From NCBI RefSeq assembly GCF_004365815.1, contig NZ_SODD01000049.1:1-17071 (forward strand): a stretch of DNA of 17,071 nucleotides, given 5' to 3'. The stretch is from Breznakia blatticola (GTDB lineage Bacteria; Bacillota_I; Bacilli_A; Erysipelotrichales; Erysipelotrichaceae). The notes beneath the pieces are model-generated. The model ran no database searches. It saw nothing but the letters and a program-made list of their open reading frames with translations, and was not told where the DNA came from. Shown here piece after piece: positions 15,903 through 17,071 of this stretch (within the stretch, counting starts at the first letter, position 1; every line of letters starts with the position of its first letter). The position numbers and the translations under genes were made by a program.

Positions 15903-15931
15903 ATTTATGTTTTAAGAAAGGTAAAGGAATA

Positions 15932-16747
15932 ATGAAAATATTAAACATAGTAGTAACGATAGGAAGCAGTTTATTAATTACATTGCTTATTACGTATTTT
16001 GCAGTAAATCTGAAGAAAAAACAAAAACTTAAGTTTGATATATTTATGGATATTTTTTCTAAAGTATTTATATCGGTAATCATGATTTTAGTAGCAGTTG
16101 AGGCAAATACCATATCAGAACAACAATACGAAAGAGATATGAAAGAGAGTTCTCCAATATTTGAAATAACAAGAAACAATGATTTTGCACAAAAAGGTTT
16201 TGATGAAACATATAAACTTACAAATAGTAAAGGAATTGCACAATATGTAGATTTTTCACGCATTGATACAGTTGAGTTCTATTATCATGACATGCCAGTT
16301 CATATGACTATAATAAATGCGAATGAGGAAAACATTAAATATGAAAGTAAAGAAAACGAATGGTACTATATACCAAAAACGCAGAATATATCAACAAAAA
16401 GCATGAAAGAATTATTTGAAAGAAAAGTAAAAGAAAAAACTGATGAAAACACAGATGTATATTTTGAAAGATATTATAAAGTTTCATTTGTAGATTATAA
16501 AAATGAAAAATTCACATTCTATTTTATAGAAAGTGATGATGAGTATATCTTAAAATATACCGATGAAGAATCATATAACAATAAAATTAGCTTTCTGAAT
16601 AATGAAAAGAAATGGGGAGGAGGAATGATGTTTAACAATAAAAATGAAAATGTGGAAAGTAGAGTTGATCAAATGCTGGTAAACATAGAAAAAGGGTATG
16701 ATAATATGAAGTATATTGAGGAAAATTTTAGTGGTGTTAGTTACTAA
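15932..16747 (+). CDS. Hypothetical 2-TM membrane protein with Asn/Lys/Glu/Tyr-rich extracytoplasmic or soluble domain (no family recognised)
   Basis: 271 aa from ATG 15932 (MKILNIVVTIGSSLLITLLITYFAV), with SD AAAGGTAAAGGA. The second hydrophobic helix is FSKVFISVIMILVAVEA, and the remainder is predicted soluble. The track start 15890 lies inside the predicted promoter. The gene is very AT-rich. Confidence 0.6.
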   Translation: MKILNIVVTIGSSLLITLLITYFAVNLKKKQKLKFDIFMDIFSKVFISVIMILVAVEANTISEQQYERDMKESSPIFEITRNNDFAQKGFDETYKLTNSKGIAQYVDFSRIDTVEFYYHDMPVHMTIINANEENIKYESKENEWYYIPKTQNISTKSMKELFERKVKEKTDENTDVYFERYYKVSFVDYKNEKFTFYFIESDDEYILKYTDEESYNNKISFLNNEKKWGGGMMFNNKNENVESRVDQMLVNIEKGYDNMKYIEENFSGVSY

Positions 16748-16813
16748 TATGTTAAGCTAAGAAAAAAGTTTGATTTAGCATATATTTATAAAACGCATAA
16801 TATGTAGTTTATC

Positions 16814-16842
16814 TTGATAAAACTATCAAAATAGGATAAAAT
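16814..16842 (+). promoter_or_regulatory. Candidate sigma-A promoter at the right edge
   Basis: TTGATA (16814-16819), 17 nt, TAAAAT (16837-16842). The -35 is part of the inverted repeat TTGAT-N6-ATCAA (16814-16829). Confidence 0.55.
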
Positions 16843-16857
16843 TTCGTAGATAATAAA

Positions 16858-16930
16858 CTTGCGCCTAGCGTGTGTATTTATGATCGTTGTCGTGTGTGGT
16901 GAATGATCATTTTTATATTGCGAGGTGCAA
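16858..16930 (+). other. Locally GC-rich structured leader candidate (unclassified)
   Basis: TTGCGCCT (16858-16865) can pair with AGGTGCAA (16923-16930) over 8 bp with one G-U pair. This encloses an inner ATGATC...GATCAT repeat and a G/U-rich stretch GTTGTCGTGTGTGGTG. It lies between the promoter above and a short ORF. Confidence 0.3.
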
Positions 16931-16955
16931 ATTTTCTATATAAGGGGAAAGACGA

Positions 16956-17027
16956 ATGAAGCAAATTACAATACTATTACTTTGGCTTAATTCAACCAGT
17001 GCATACCAAGTCTCGATAAATCACTGA
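16956..17027 (+). CDS. Speculative 23-codon ORF (MKQITILLLWLNSTSAYQVSINH)
   Basis: ATG preceded by AAGGGGAAAG with a 5-nt gap, downstream of the structured leader. There is no homology basis, so it may be a leader peptide or noise. Confidence 0.2.
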   Translation: MKQITILLLWLNSTSAYQVSINH

Positions 17028-17071
17028 TAAGTACTGAATAATTTATGTGTCTTTAAAGCATTTCTTGTGAT

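Noticed and set aside
15796-15928. Exact 12-nt direct repeat AAAGGTAAAGGA at 15796-15807 and 15917-15928
   Set aside because: Both copies are purine-rich SD-like strings in an AT-rich intergenic region. The first precedes only a 9-codon ORF. This is most simply coincidental SD-like sequence rather than a repeat element.
15890-15931. Upstream start (MLIEYLCFKKGKGI) for the 2-TM protein, and the antisense ORFs 15817-16263 and 15335-15580
   Set aside because: The ATG at 15890 lies inside the predicted promoter, with the -10 at 15897-15902, and has no SD. The antisense ORFs overlap better-supported genes.
16814-16829. TTGAT-N6-ATCAA inverted repeat as an FNR box
   Set aside because: Canonical FNR sites have N4 spacing. 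TTGATA here also serves as a well-spaced -35 hexamer, and the sequence does not resemble the candidate site upstream of hcp. It is kept only as a note under the promoter feature.
1-17071. Searched by eye for CRISPR repeats, tRNA/rRNA, IS inverted repeats, integrase or transposase genes, and T7SS core genes (EssC, EsaA, EsxA)
   Set aside because: I found no regularly spaced repeats, no cloverleaf-like GC-rich segments, and no ORF with recombinase, transposase, FtsK-type ATPase or WXG100 features. The absence is limited to this window and to what manual inspection can detect.

Overview
AT-rich, Firmicutes-like chromosomal window with 14 credible protein genes and no rRNA, tRNA, CRISPR array, transposase or integrase that I could see. 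Left half, 1-7.2 kb: a MalY/PatB-type C-S lyase (-) lies divergent from a trehalose locus. That locus holds treR (GntR/HutC repressor), an independently promoted pair of Cof-type HAD phosphatases, PTS EIIBC treP and phosphotrehalase treC. A 16-bp palindromic operator occurs twice exactly at the treP promoter and once in degenerate form in front of treR. Middle, 7.2-10.7 kb: a DUF3783-like protein (-), then a sigma-A promoter, a yybP-ykoY (Mn2+) riboswitch and a competing terminator in front of a P2-type Ca2+/Mn2+ ATPase. Right half: a much more AT-rich ~2.8 kb four-gene operon on the - strand (10710-13445) is the most notable element. It encodes two small helical Lap1/Lap2-like targeting factors, an LXG-domain polymorphic toxin with a C-terminal HH...HxGxHPxxYH (AHH / HNH-EndoVII-like nuclease) module, and an Imm11/DUF1629-like immunity protein. 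No type VII secretion core genes are present in the window. It is followed by hcp (hybrid-cluster protein) with an adjacent Crp/Fnr-family (HcpR-like) regulator and a class-II-positioned candidate site. After that come a second AT-rich stretch encoding an orphan 2-TM protein and, at the right edge, a good promoter feeding a locally GC-rich structured leader and a 23-codon ORF. All family calls rest on motif recognition by eye; no searches were run. Several ORF-track starts appear over-extended, and corrected starts are given.
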